A DNA stretch of 64,000 nt from Candidatus Aerophobota bacterium (GTDB taxonomy: Bacteria > Aerophobota > Aerophobia > Aerophobales > JAGGXI01): assembly GCA_021163155.1 (NCBI GenBank), contig JAGGXI010000038.1, forward strand, positions 7,731-71,730, in the 5' to 3' direction. The first letter of the stretch is position 1. Every line of letters starts with the position of its first letter. The translations under genes were made by a program, and so were the position numbers. The notes under the pieces were generated by a model that did no database searches, had not been told where the DNA came from, and saw only the letters and a program-made list of their open reading frames with translations. Below are positions 41,270 to 51,111 of this stretch, piece after piece.

Positions 41270-41500
41270 TTAACAGGATTTACCAGATTCTATCTTCCCC
41301 AATTTAGAAAAAATCTCTGCCTTACCTCTAATTTTTACGGCAGATATATCTCTGGTGAATTGACAAATCCAGACCTCGTCTTTGTCTAACTTTTCTGTAT
41401 GGTGAATTACGGTCTCTTTGCCTCGAGTTAAGCCTATAATAGTTACAGAATCTTCTAATGCTTTTACTACAATAAAATCGGCTAACTCTGCCTCTTCCAC
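41270..41500 (-). CDS. mtrB: trp RNA-binding attenuation protein (TRAP) homologue
   Basis: DF.VVKALED.V.IIGLTRG.ET..HH.EKLDK.EV...QFT...SA.KIRG.A; AGGAGAGGT RBS; TTGACC-N17-TATTAT promoter at 41549-41577. Confidence 0.9.
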   Translation of the reverse strand: MEEAELADFIVVKALEDSVTIIGLTRGKETVIHHTEKLDKDEVWICQFTRDISAVKIRGKAEIFSKLGKIESGKSC

Positions 41501-41618
41501 TTTATATTCACCTCTCTCCTTAAATACTTTTGATTTATCTTCGGTTAAATAATAATACAGTTTTTAATTTAGGTCAACTATGACAAATTGGGGGTCAGGT
41601 CTCAACATTTGACATTTC

Positions 41619-42488
41619 TTATCCCCATATTCCTACTAAAAATACTCCTGCAAATATTGCAGTCATGCCTAAAAACGAACTTTTAGTAGGTTTTTCTTTT
41701 AAAAATAGAATACTGAGAAAAAAAGCAAACAATACTACAAGTCCTCTAATGGGAGACAATAAACTTGCTCGTTCTATTTTTAAAGCTGATAACCAAAAAA
41801 TCCAACCAATAAAGGAGCCGAAGAATCCAGATAAAATAGCTACTTCTACTCCTTTTATAGAACACTTAAGCCTTCTTTTAGCTCGACTGATTAATCCTGT
41901 GAGACCCCAAGCAATACTAATCACAACCATTAAAATAAATTGATATGCAAGGGGGTCCATTCCGTGATTAAAGCAGTATTTAGTAGGAATAACCTCAGCT
42001 ATCCCCCAAATAAGGCCTGCGGAAAGAGCCAGGATAGACCCCAATTTTGGGGTATAAAAACAGTTCTCTTCTCGTTTAGTGAGAAGATATGCTCCCCAAA
42101 CTACCAGAAAAGCCGAGAGAAATACCACAAATTTTGCTTCTTCACCCAAAAGTAGTATTGCAGCAGAAACTCCCCAGAAAGGGGCAGTATTTGCCAAAGA
42201 TGTGGCTTTGTGAACTGCAATTTTACTTATAGCGATAAGGTACAGCATCTCGCCAATAAATGAATCTAAGAATCCCCCTATAATGGCAATCAGAATAAGT
42301 TTAGGTTCAGGAAAGTCTAATCCTCCGCTTAACAAAACATAGGGAATGAAGAAAAGTAATCCAAAGAGACTTCTAATAGTCGCATAAACTGCAATATCTG
42401 TATCTCTTAAGGCAATTTTATTTATAACTAAAGATATTGCCCAAAATAGAGATGCTCCTGCGGCAAGCACAATAGGCAATGGGTTCAT
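41619..42488 (-). CDS. DMT/EamA family transporter
   Basis: About 10 hydrophobic segments in two repeats; ..P......A..LLGE and ..LFLKE motifs. Confidence 0.9.
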   Translation of the reverse strand: MNPLPIVLAAGASLFWAISLVINKIALRDTDIAVYATIRSLFGLLFFIPYVLLSGGLDFPEPKLILIAIIGGFLDSFIGEMLYLIAISKIAVHKATSLANTAPFWGVSAAILLLGEEAKFVVFLSAFLVVWGAYLLTKREENCFYTPKLGSILALSAGLIWGIAEVIPTKYCFNHGMDPLAYQFILMVVISIAWGLTGLISRAKRRLKCSIKGVEVAILSGFFGSFIGWIFWLSALKIERASLLSPIRGLVVLFAFFLSILFLKEKPTKSSFLGMTAIFAGVFLVGIWG

Positions 42489-42505
42489 TAGTATCTCCTC
42501 TGTTA

Positions 42506-42645
42506 GAGATTTCTAGAAAAGTCAAAAATCTCTGATTTCGCAGATAAAAGTCCAAATTACACAGATAAATTATTCTTACTAAATCAGTGTAATCATTTTA
42601 AAAATCTGTGTAATCAGAAGCCTCTGGAGATTTTTCAGAGGTCTC
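42506..42645 (+). mobile_element. Family B MITE-like repeat (GAGATTTCT...CAGAGGTCTC), long form
   Basis: Core AAATCTCTGATTTCGCAGATAAAA...ATTACACAGAT also at 42732, about 48000, 58689 and 41150(-). Confidence 0.75.
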
Positions 42646-42731
42646 CTGATAAATGGTTTGGTATCCTGATATTATAAAACTACTTTACTGTATATATCAG
42701 AAAAACAATTTTTATCAAATTGAGCTATTTT

Positions 42732-42824
42732 GAGATTTCTAGAAAAGTCAAAAATCTCTGATTTCGCAGATAAAAGTCCAAATTACACAGATCAAAGGAC
42801 TCTGGAGGTTTTTTTAGAAGCTTC
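42732..42824 (+). mobile_element. Family B MITE-like repeat, short form
   Basis: First about 60 bp identical to the 42506 copy. Confidence 0.75.
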
Positions 42825-42880
42825 TTATTTTATAAAATGTTAAATGTTGAGACCTGACCTCTATTCTCTTAAATTTAAAT

Positions 42881-42908
42881 TTGACATAAAGATAGCTTTT
42901 GATAGGAT
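42881..42908 (+). promoter_or_regulatory. Putative sigma70 promoter of the metG operon
   Basis: TTGACA-N16-TAGGAT with extended TG. Confidence 0.55.
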
Positions 42909-42953
42909 TAGGGACAAGCAAAAACAGGATTAAAGAGAGCAAAGGAAGAGAAG

Positions 42954-44489
42954 TTGAAAAAAAATTTTTATATTACCACTCCTATATACTATGTTAATGA
43001 CATCCCTCATTTAGGGCATGCGTATACTACTATAGCTGCTGATGTTTTAGCAAGATATAAACGCTTAAGAGGATACAATGTATTTTTTCTTACAGGAACC
43101 GATGAACATGGAGATAAGATTGCCCGAACAGCAGAAAAAAAGGGGATCAGTCCTCATGAGCTTACAGATAAGGTAGTAATTAGATTTAAAAACCTCTGGA
43201 AAGAACTTTATATTTCTAATGACGATTTTATTCGAACTACTGAATTTCGACACATTGAAGCTGTAAAAGAAGTTTTCTTGAAATTATATAAACAAGATGA
43301 TATCTATAAGGGAAAATATAAGGGATGGTATTGCATTTCCTGTGAAAGTTTTTGGCTGGAATCTCAACTAAAAGAAGGAAATCTTTGCCCAGAGTGTGGA
43401 CGAAAAGTAGAGAAAGTGGAGGAAGAGAGTTATTTTTTTCGACTCTCTAAATACCAAAAAAAACTATTGGAGCATTTTGAAAAAAATCCCAATTTTGTCT
43501 TACCTCCTACTCGCAGAAATGAGGCAATAAAATTTATTAAAAGCGGATTGAAAGACCTTAGCGTCACCCGTTTAAAATTAAATTGGGGTATACCCTGCCC
43601 CATCCAAAAAGAACATACCATTTACGTGTGGGTTGATGCACTACTCAATTATATTTCTGCTATAGGATATCCTTTTGGAAAGGAAAAATTCTCCTTCTTT
43701 TGGCCTGCAGATGTTCAGATAGTTGGCAAAGACATCTTAAAGTTTCATGCTATAATCTGGCCCTCTATTTTAATGGCTTTAGGTTTAAAACTTCCCAAAA
43801 TAGTTTTTGCTCATGGTTGGTGGAAAGTAAATAACGAAAAAATGTCAAAATCAAAAGGTAATGTAATCGATCCCAAAGAGATAACAGAAAAATATGGAGT
43901 CGATCCTCTTCGTTACTTTCTTCTTAGAGAACTTCCTTTTGGAGGAGATGGAAGCTTCTCTACATTTTTATTTATCAAGCGGGTAAATAGCGACCTGGCA
44001 AATAATTTAGGGAATCTACTCAATAGAACACTTCCTTTGGTAATAAAGTATTGCGATAGCAAAGTTCCTTACCCTGATAAAGAAAATAACGATGAAATAG
44101 GAATAAAGAAGAGAGCAGAAGAAATCATTTCTCAATTAGATGAGATGATGAATACTCTCTCCTTTTCCAAAGCTCTCTCTTTAATCTGGGAAATAGCAAA
44201 ATTAACTAATTTGTATATAAATAAGTCCGCACCCTGGAGTTTGGCTAAGGATAAAAGCAAAGAAGGAGAATACCGCACAGTTTTATATAATGTTTTGGAT
44301 TCCTTGCGGATAATTACCATTCTTGTCTTCCCTTTTATTCCCCAATCAGCAAAAAAGATGTGGAATCAATTGGGGATTGAAGAAGAGCTGGAAAAGCAAA
44401 TTTTGGATGAAGAAAGTATTAAAAAAGGAATAATCCCAGGAACAAAGATAAAAAAAGGACCTCCTCTTTTCCCTCGTATTGAAGAATAG
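42954..44489 (+). CDS. metG: Methionine--tRNA ligase (no C-terminal tRNA-binding domain)
   Basis: YITTPIYYVN..PHLGHAY, TGTDEHG, YVW.DAL.NY, GKDI.KFH, KMSKS.GN. Confidence 0.97.
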   Translation: MKKNFYITTPIYYVNDIPHLGHAYTTIAADVLARYKRLRGYNVFFLTGTDEHGDKIARTAEKKGISPHELTDKVVIRFKNLWKELYISNDDFIRTTEFRHIEAVKEVFLKLYKQDDIYKGKYKGWYCISCESFWLESQLKEGNLCPECGRKVEKVEEESYFFRLSKYQKKLLEHFEKNPNFVLPPTRRNEAIKFIKSGLKDLSVTRLKLNWGIPCPIQKEHTIYVWVDALLNYISAIGYPFGKEKFSFFWPADVQIVGKDILKFHAIIWPSILMALGLKLPKIVFAHGWWKVNNEKMSKSKGNVIDPKEITEKYGVDPLRYFLLRELPFGGDGSFSTFLFIKRVNSDLANNLGNLLNRTLPLVIKYCDSKVPYPDKENNDEIGIKKRAEEIISQLDEMMNTLSFSKALSLIWEIAKLTNLYINKSAPWSLAKDKSKEGEYRTVLYNVLDSLRIITILVFPFIPQSAKKMWNQLGIEEELEKQILDEESIKKGIIPGTKIKKGPPLFPRIEE

Positions 44490-45329
44490 ATGAAATTAAG
44501 AGATAAGGTAGAGTACCTTTGGTATAAATACAATTTCACTCCTAGAAGAGACTTAGGTCAAAATTTTCTCATTGACTCTCACATAGTTGAAAAAATAGTG
44601 GACACTATTAAACCCGATAAAAAAGATACAATCTTGGAAATAGGAGCAGGAACAGGGGTCTTAACAGAAAAATTAGTTAAAAAAGGGGGGAAAGTAATTG
44701 CTGTGGAAATAGATAAAAACCTGGGAGAGGCATTAAAGAAAGAATTTAAAGAATATTTAAACTTAAAGATAATTTGTGGAGATATAACACAAATATCCTT
44801 TGATGAAGAGTTTAAGCAAGCAAAGTCGGTTAAATTAGTAGGAAATCTACCTTATTACATAGCTTCCCTAATTTTATTGGATATGATTAAAAAAGATTGG
44901 GTTAAATTTATGGTAGTAATGGTACAAAGAGAGGTGGCAGAAAAACTTTTAGCTAAACCAGGAAATAAAAAAAGAGGAAGATTAACTGTTTTAATGAACT
45001 ATTACGGGCAAGGAGAAAAAATAATTGATATTCCTCCTCAAGCCTTTACTCCTCCTTCTAAGGTCGGGGCAACTCTGCTTAAAATAGAAAAAAGGGAGAG
45101 ATGCAAGTTAAAAGATGAGAACAACTTTTTCTCTGTAGTGAAAGCAGCTTTCTCTTTGCGGCGCAAAATGATTACAAATTCCTTAAGTAAAGAATTAGGA
45201 ATAAATAAAGACTCAATTAAAGAAAAATTAGAAAGTATAGGAATAGATTGGAGAAAGAGGGCGGAAGACTTAACAGAGGAAGAATTCATCAGCATAAGCA
45301 ACAATTTAGGAGTAAAAAATGCCCATTAA
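44490..45329 (+). CDS. rsmA: 16S rRNA A1518/A1519 dimethyltransferase
   Basis: LGQNFL.D, LEIGAG.G.LT, VGNLPY.I, MVQREVA, RRK.I.NSL, RAE.L. Confidence 0.95.
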   Translation: MKLRDKVEYLWYKYNFTPRRDLGQNFLIDSHIVEKIVDTIKPDKKDTILEIGAGTGVLTEKLVKKGGKVIAVEIDKNLGEALKKEFKEYLNLKIICGDITQISFDEEFKQAKSVKLVGNLPYYIASLILLDMIKKDWVKFMVVMVQREVAEKLLAKPGNKKRGRLTVLMNYYGQGEKIIDIPPQAFTPPSKVGATLLKIEKRERCKLKDENNFFSVVKAAFSLRRKMITNSLSKELGINKDSIKEKLESIGIDWRKRAEDLTEEEFISISNNLGVKNAH

Positions 45330-46359
45330 TACTATAGAATGGATAGATAGCCAAATTAAAATTATTGACCAGACTCTACTTCCTCAAAAGCTAAAATATA
45401 TTTATTGCAAAGATATAGAGAGTTTAAAAAAAGCAATAGTTTCTCTTAAAATAAGAGGAGCTCCAGCTTTGGGGATAGCTGCGGCCCTGGGAATAGTCCT
45501 GGAAATGAAGAAATCTTCTGCTAAAGATTACTCCCACTTTAAAGAAGAGCTGGAAGATACGATAAGCTATATAGGTTCTTCTCGTCCTACAGCAGTAAAT
45601 CTTTTTCGGTCCTTAAAAAGGATGCATAATTGTATGGAAAAAAATAGGAAGAAAAAAATAGAAAAAATTAAAGAGGCTTTAGAGAAAGAAGCTCTCCAAA
45701 TTATAGAAGAAGATAAAAGATGTAATCGTCTAATAGGGAAAAAGGGGGCCTCTCTCATTAAAGATGGAGATACTATTCTTACCCATTGCAATGCTGGAGC
45801 ATTAGCCACCGCTGATTATGGAACTGCTTTAGGAATTATTTATAGAGCTAAAGAGGAGGGAAAAAGAGTCAGGGTTTATGTTGATGAGACAAGACCTCTT
45901 CTTCAGGGAGCAAGATTGACTACCTGGGAACTTTTAAAAGAGGGAATTGAAACCACACTTATATGCGATAACATGGCAGGTGAGGTGATGAGAGAAGGAA
46001 AAATTGATAAGATTTTAGTGGGAGCGGATAGGATAGCCGCCAACGGAGATACAGCTAATAAAATAGGAACTTATACTTTAGCTGTCCTGGCAAAAGAGAA
46101 TAGAATCCCTTTTTATATAGTCTCTCCTTTATCAAGCATTGATTTATCCTTACCAAAAGGAGAAGAGATCCCTATTGAACAAAGAGATAAAAATGAAGTG
46201 ATAAAAGGATTGGGGAAAGTTATCGCCCCTGAAGAAGTTAAAGTTTATAATCCCGCTTTCGATATAACCCCCGCTAAATATATTAAAGGTATAATTACAG
46301 AAAAAGGAATATATAGGTCTCCTTACAAAAAGAGTTTAAAAAATTTAGGAGGAAAATAG
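45319..46359 (+). CDS. mtnA: S-methyl-5-thioribose-1-phosphate isomerase
   Basis: IRGAPA.G, SRPTAVNL, LTHCNAG.LAT, ETRP.LQGARLT.WEL, GADRIA.NGD.ANKIGTY, NPAFD.TP. Confidence 0.95.
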   Translation: MPINTIEWIDSQIKIIDQTLLPQKLKYIYCKDIESLKKAIVSLKIRGAPALGIAAALGIVLEMKKSSAKDYSHFKEELEDTISYIGSSRPTAVNLFRSLKRMHNCMEKNRKKKIEKIKEALEKEALQIIEEDKRCNRLIGKKGASLIKDGDTILTHCNAGALATADYGTALGIIYRAKEEGKRVRVYVDETRPLLQGARLTTWELLKEGIETTLICDNMAGEVMREGKIDKILVGADRIAANGDTANKIGTYTLAVLAKENRIPFYIVSPLSSIDLSLPKGEEIPIEQRDKNEVIKGLGKVIAPEEVKVYNPAFDITPAKYIKGIITEKGIYRSPYKKSLKNLGGK

Positions 46360-46361
46360 AT

Positions 46362-46664
46362 ATGAAAAAGATTATAGATAAAGAACAAACAAGATATATT
46401 GCTCATTTAGCAAGACTAAAATTAAGTAAAGAGGAAGAGAAAAAATTTACTAAACAACTAAGAGATATCTTATCTTATGTAGATAAATTAAAAGAAATAG
46501 ACACTAAAAATATTCCCCCCACCTCTCACATTATTCCTCTTAACAATGTGTTTAGAGAAGATAAAAAAAGAGACTCTTTACCTTTAGAAAAGGTTTTATC
46601 CAACGCTCCTCAGCAAAAACGGAAATATTTTCAAGTTCCCAAAATAATTGATATAATAGGTTAA
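46362..46664 (+). CDS. gatC: Asp/Glu-tRNA amidotransferase subunit C
   Basis: IA.LARL, L..IL.YV.KL.E.DT, FRED, NAP......F.VPKI. Confidence 0.92.
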   Translation: MKKIIDKEQTRYIAHLARLKLSKEEEKKFTKQLRDILSYVDKLKEIDTKNIPPTSHIIPLNNVFREDKKRDSLPLEKVLSNAPQQKRKYFQVPKIIDIIG

Positions 46665-47147
46665 TCACTTCTTTTTTTTTATGCCTTCTTTTATTATGAA
46701 AATAGGTAAGACTAAAAGAGAATTATAAAGAGAGGAAAGAAAAACAAGAAAAGTTAAATGAGTTCGTGAAAAAGAAGAGATGTGAAAAATTGAGGAAAAA
46801 GAAATAAGGAGAAATCCATTAAGAATAGTAGATAAGCACATAATAATGAGAAGAAGTATTAAATTCTCTTCATAAACTTTCTCTCTTATTTCCCCAACAA
46901 GAAAACCAACTATACACAAGGTAAATGCATTTACACCCCAAAGAGGAAAAAAGAGAACATCTTTTAAAATGCCTATTATAAAACCAGATATTACCCCTTG
47001 CCTCCATCCATTATACCAAGCCCATAAAACAAGTAAGATTAAAAAAAGGTCGGGGCTGCCCCTTTTAATTTGAAATCCTCCTATCAAAGTAATCTGGAGA
47101 ATAAGAATGACTAAAAATAAAATAATAAATATAATTGCTTTCTTCAT
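46665..47147 (-). CDS. mreD: Rod shape-determining protein MreD
   Basis: Hydrophobic; PDL.LI, G..GF..G.L.D; follows mreC. Confidence 0.85.
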   Translation of the reverse strand: MKKAIIFIILFLVILILQITLIGGFQIKRGSPDLFLILLVLWAWYNGWRQGVISGFIIGILKDVLFFPLWGVNAFTLCIVGFLVGEIREKVYEENLILLLIIMCLSTILNGFLLISFSSIFHISSFSRTHLTFLVFLSSLYNSLLVLPIFIIKEGIKKKK

Positions 47148-47959
47148 TCTTCTATCTTTATAATGAATAACTCCTCTAATTTTCTAAAATCTACATAAGG
47201 AGTTACTTCTACATATTGGAATAATTGGTGAGGATTCTTCTTTATCAGAGAAATTTCTCCAACAAGAATCCCTTTAGGGAAAATTCCTCCTAATCCAGAG
47301 GTTATTATCTTATCTCCTACTTTAACGGATACTTTATTGGGCAGGTATATCAATTCACATTTTTCCTCCTCACCCTTACCTTGAAGGATAGCTATATCTC
47401 TAGTTTTTTCATCCCGAACCCCTACCTTACTTCTTTTATCAAGAATTGATAATATTTTAGCCTGATGAGGATAAATCTCAATTATTCTTCCTACTAACCC
47501 CTGAGCATTAACTACCACCATATTTTTCTTTACCCCTTCTTTACCACCCTTCCCAATAAAAATGGTATCAAAATAGCTAAAAGGAGAATAAGCTATAACT
47601 TCTACAGGTATAAGATTAAATGCTTGCCTCTTTTTAAACTCAAGCGTTCTCTTCAATTTATCATTATCGGAAAGGATATGGCGGTAATAATTTTCTTGCT
47701 GGAAAGTGAGCTTATTAACCTTCTCCTTAAGCATCTGATTTTCTTTTCTTAATTTTTTGGCTTCATAAATATTCCCTATAGACTCGGTAAGCTCTGTTTT
47801 GAAATTAAAGAAGCATCTCTGGAAAGATTCCACAAAGAAATAACTCCTCTCTTTCACTTCAATGGGTAGGTCTCTTTTATAGTTAGAAACTAATATTAAA
47901 ACAAAAGATATAAAAAGAAAACTAATTAAAAAAATTGTCTTTGAACCAATTTTTCCCAA
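47144..47959 (-). CDS. mreC: Rod shape-determining protein MreC
   Basis: TM plus coiled coil (L.KEN..LK), I.KG...GV...M.V....GLVGRI, GD.I.TSGLGG.FPKGI.VG. Confidence 0.93.
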   Translation of the reverse strand: MGKIGSKTIFLISFLFISFVLILVSNYKRDLPIEVKERSYFFVESFQRCFFNFKTELTESIGNIYEAKKLRKENQMLKEKVNKLTFQQENYYRHILSDNDKLKRTLEFKKRQAFNLIPVEVIAYSPFSYFDTIFIGKGGKEGVKKNMVVVNAQGLVGRIIEIYPHQAKILSILDKRSKVGVRDEKTRDIAILQGKGEEEKCELIYLPNKVSVKVGDKIITSGLGGIFPKGILVGEISLIKKNPHQLFQYVEVTPYVDFRKLEELFIIKIEE

Positions 47960-47977
47960 TTCTTGCTCACTTTATTT

Positions 47978-48094
47978 AAACTCAGATTCGAAAAAGTTAA
48001 AAATCTCTGATTTCGCAGATAAAAATCGAGATTACACAGATTGAGGCCTTTGGAGGTTTTTCAGAGGCCTCTAATAAATTACCAAATCTGGATA
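47978..48094. repeat. Family B element nested inside family A-like ends
   Basis: AAACTCAGATTCG, then family B core to 48071, then TTACCAAATCTGGAT. Confidence 0.6.
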
Positions 48095-48103
48095 AACATA
48101 ATT

Positions 48104-49138
48104 TCAATAAGGAGTTATTTCTACCGAGGATAAAATATCGGGGTTATCCAATAGCTTCCCTGTCCCTAAAGCTACTGAAAGAAGAGGGTCGGAAGCTAAT
48201 TTTACTGGAAGGTGTATTCTCTGATATAGATATTTATCAAAACCTTTAATACAGGATCCACCACCTGTAAGATATACTCCCCCCCGTCTTACATCTCCAG
48301 CAAGATCTGGAGGACACTTTTCTAAAACAGCTTCTACCATCTCACAAATTGCATTAATCACCGGCGAAAGAGCTTCTCCTATCTCCTCCGAATTTACTTC
48401 CATCTCTACAGGAAAGCCTGTGTTTAAATCTCTTCCATCTATTTTCATCTTCTCTTCCTTGGGAGGAGGATAAATACATCCTATCTCTATCTTTATTTTT
48501 TCCGCCATCTGTTCCCCGATAAGCAAAGCATGCTTTTCCTTTAAATAATGGATTATGGCCTCTGTCATCTCATCACCAGCTACTCGAATAGAATCGCTAA
48601 CTACTATACCATTCAAGGAGACTATTGTCGTTTCACTGGTTCCTCCCCCGATATCTACCACCATACTGCCTGACGGCTTAGATATAGGTAGATTTATTCC
48701 AATAACAGCGGCTACAGATTCAGCCACAAGGTGAACTCGTCGCGCTCCTGCAGCCATTCCCATATCCATTGCTGCTCTCTTCTCCACTTTAGTTGCACAA
48801 GAAGGAATACCAATTACAAGGCGAGGTCCAATTAAAACACGGTGAGGCAAAACATGGGAAATAAAATATTTAACCATCTTTTCTGTGATATCAAAATCAG
48901 CGATCACTCCATCCTGAAGAGGTTTAATAGCCAAAATATTTTGAGGAGTCTTGCCTATCATCTCCTTAGCTTCTTTTCCTATGCCTACAATTTCCCCATT
49001 CCCTTGACTAACAGCCAACACAGAAGGCATATTTAAAACAATTCCTTTCTTTTGAGCATAAATTAAAGTATTAGTAGTCCCTAAATCTATTCCCAAATTG
49101 TTTCCGAATATTCTAAAGCTAAAGATATCTTTAAGCAT
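48104..49138 (-). CDS. mreB: Rod shape-determining protein MreB
   Basis: GIDLGT.NT, PL.DGVIADF, VVDIGGGT, AGD....AI, LTGGG. Confidence 0.94.
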   Translation of the reverse strand: MLKDIFSFRIFGNNLGIDLGTTNTLIYAQKKGIVLNMPSVLAVSQGNGEIVGIGKEAKEMIGKTPQNILAIKPLQDGVIADFDITEKMVKYFISHVLPHRVLIGPRLVIGIPSCATKVEKRAAMDMGMAAGARRVHLVAESVAAVIGINLPISKPSGSMVVDIGGGTSETTIVSLNGIVVSDSIRVAGDEMTEAIIHYLKEKHALLIGEQMAEKIKIEIGCIYPPPKEEKMKIDGRDLNTGFPVEMEVNSEEIGEALSPVINAICEMVEAVLEKCPPDLAGDVRRGGVYLTGGGSCIKGFDKYLYQRIHLPVKLASDPLLSVALGTGKLLDNPDILSSVEITPY

Positions 49139-49168
49139 AATAGTCTCTCTTCTTCCTTACTATATTAT

Positions 49169-49227
49169 ATTATATCTGCATAGAAAGAGAAAGTCAAATT
49201 TGCAAAATTTGAAAATAGATATATAAT
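49169..49227. promoter_or_regulatory. Back-to-back sigma70 promoters for mreB (-) and ppiD (+)
   Basis: Minus: TTGACT-N17-TATAAT (49197-49169). Plus: TTGCAA-N16-TATAAT (49200-49227). Confidence 0.7.
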
Positions 49228-49248
49228 GCTAAAAAAGAGGAGATTATA

Positions 49249-51111
49249 ATGATACTTCGTCAATTAAGAAACTCTGTCAAACCAATAGTATGGGCAATAA
49301 TTATAGGGTTTTCAGCTTCTCTTTTTTTTATGTACGGTCTCCACAGATCAGAAAGAGAAAAACCTATTGTTAAAGTTAATGGTGCCCCTATATCTTATAC
49401 AAACTTTGCACAAGCTTATCAAAATGCCTATGATAGTTATCAACAAAAGTATCAGGGAAATATAACTCCCCAAATAGAGAAGTATTTAAGATATCAGATA
49501 TTATCTCAGTTAGTAACTACAGAACTCATCTGGCAAGAAGTGAAAAAATCCAAGATAAATGTAAACGAGCAAGAATTAACGGAGGAGATAAAGAAGATAA
49601 TAAAAAATTTTCCTTCTCGAGAGGCATTTATAAGATATCTCAACTATAAACATATTCCTTACAATGACTTTAAACAGGAGGTTAAAAAGCAATTAGCCAT
49701 AAATAAACTTATCGAAAGAATTAAAGAGAGTGCCTCAATAACTGATGAAGAAATTAAAGACTACTGGCTAAAGGAAAATGAGAGGATAAAGGCTGAATAT
49801 ATAATCCTTAAAACAGAAAACTACGAAAAAGAGATAAATACTACTCAAAAAGAGATAAAAAAATATTATACAGAACATAAAGAAGAGTTTACCATTCCTG
49901 AAAAGGTGAGTGTAAACTATATTATTATAAACCCTGAGGATTTTAATAAAAAGATAAAAATCACAGAGGAAGTACTAAAAAAATATTACGATAGTCATTT
50001 AAAAGAATTTGAAGTTCCTGAAAAAAGGAGAGCCAGCCACATCTTGATAAGAATACCCTCTAATGGAGAGGGAAAAGAAGCAAAGGAAAAAATAGAAGAG
50101 ATAGAGGAAAAAATAAAGCAAGGCTCTAATTTTGCTCTCCTGGCTAAAAAATATTCTCAAGATAAAGCATCAGCTAAAGAGGGAGGAGACATAGGATTCG
50201 TTACTTCTAAAGAGATAGTCCCCTCTTTTAGTGAGGCTCTTTTCTCCTTGGAAAAAATAGGAGAGGTCAGTGAAGTTGTAAAAACGCCTTTTGGTTATCA
50301 CCTAATTAAGCTAACAGGTATAAAACCAGCTTACACCAAATCTTTTGAAAAAGTAAAAGGAGATATTAAAAAAAGATTATTAAAGGAAAAGAGCGAAGAA
50401 TTAGCTAAAAAAGAGGCAGAAAAAATCAAGAAAGAATTTAAAGATTACATTAAAAAATATCCAGATAATTTAAAAACTACTCCTCTTTTTGCTCGCACTG
50501 AATCATTTATTAAAGAATTAGGATGGGTTCCTCAATTCACTAAGGTAGCTTTTTCCCTTAAAAAAGGAGACATCAGTTCTCCTATAAAAACCTCTATGGG
50601 ATATTGCCTTCTTAAATTAAAAGAGAAAAACCCTTCTTATATTCCTGAGTTAAAAGAGATAACTGAAGAGGTAAAAAAAGCGGTAATCAAAAAGAAATCT
50701 ATGGAATTCGCCTATAAAAAAGCAGAACAAATAGTTAAAGAAGGAGAGGAAGGAAATTCTTTTTCTTCTCTTGCTCAAAAATTTAATTTGGAATATAAAA
50801 GCTTAAAATACCTTAAAAGAGGGGAGCAGATAGAAGGGATTAATAGCAATGAGGATAGGGAGAAGTTCCTCAACACCGCCTTTTCTCTGGGAAAGAGAAA
50901 AATAAGCAAGCCTTTACTCCTACAAAATAGCTATTATATAATAAAATTATCAGATAGAGACCCTCAGTGGGAGGAATTTCATAAAAAAGAAAAGGAAATT
51001 GCCAGGAATTTACTCTCCCAGAAAAAGAGAGAATATGTAAATACCTGGCTTGAGAAATTAAATAAAGAGGCAAAAATAGTAGATAATACCAAGCTATTCT
51101 TCCCCTCTTAA
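49249..51111 (+). CDS. PpiD/SurA-family membrane-anchored chaperone/parvulin PPIase
   Basis: N-terminal TM, SurA_N region, ASHIL...F..LAK.YS.D..SA..GGD.G...T.FGYH.I. Confidence 0.88.
   Translation: MILRQLRNSVKPIVWAIIIGFSASLFFMYGLHRSEREKPIVKVNGAPISYTNFAQAYQNAYDSYQQKYQGNITPQIEKYLRYQILSQLVTTELIWQEVKKSKINVNEQELTEEIKKIIKNFPSREAFIRYLNYKHIPYNDFKQEVKKQLAINKLIERIKESASITDEEIKDYWLKENERIKAEYIILKTENYEKEINTTQKEIKKYYTEHKEEFTIPEKVSVNYIIINPEDFNKKIKITEEVLKKYYDSHLKEFEVPEKRRASHILIRIPSNGEGKEAKEKIEEIEEKIKQGSNFALLAKKYSQDKASAKEGGDIGFVTSKEIVPSFSEALFSLEKIGEVSEVVKTPFGYHLIKLTGIKPAYTKSFEKVKGDIKKRLLKEKSEELAKKEAEKIKKEFKDYIKKYPDNLKTTPLFARTESFIKELGWVPQFTKVAFSLKKGDISSPIKTSMGYCLLKLKEKNPSYIPELKEITEEVKKAVIKKKSMEFAYKKAEQIVKEGEEGNSFSSLAQKFNLEYKSLKYLKRGEQIEGINSNEDREKFLNTAFSLGKRKISKPLLLQNSYYIIKLSDRDPQWEEFHKKEKEIARNLLSQKKREYVNTWLEKLNKEAKIVDNTKLFFPS

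Larger units (their letters stand above)
41593..42859. mobile_element. Segment bounded by 25-bp inverted repeats (24/25 identical), carrying the EamA gene
   Basis: GGTCAGGTCTCAACATTTGACATTT (41593-41617) and AAATGTTAAATGTTGAGACCTGACC (42835-42859). Confidence 0.6.

Noticed and set aside
42506..42824. CRISPR array
   Set aside because: Only two long copies with terminal inverted repeats, no regular repeat-spacer period and no cas genes.
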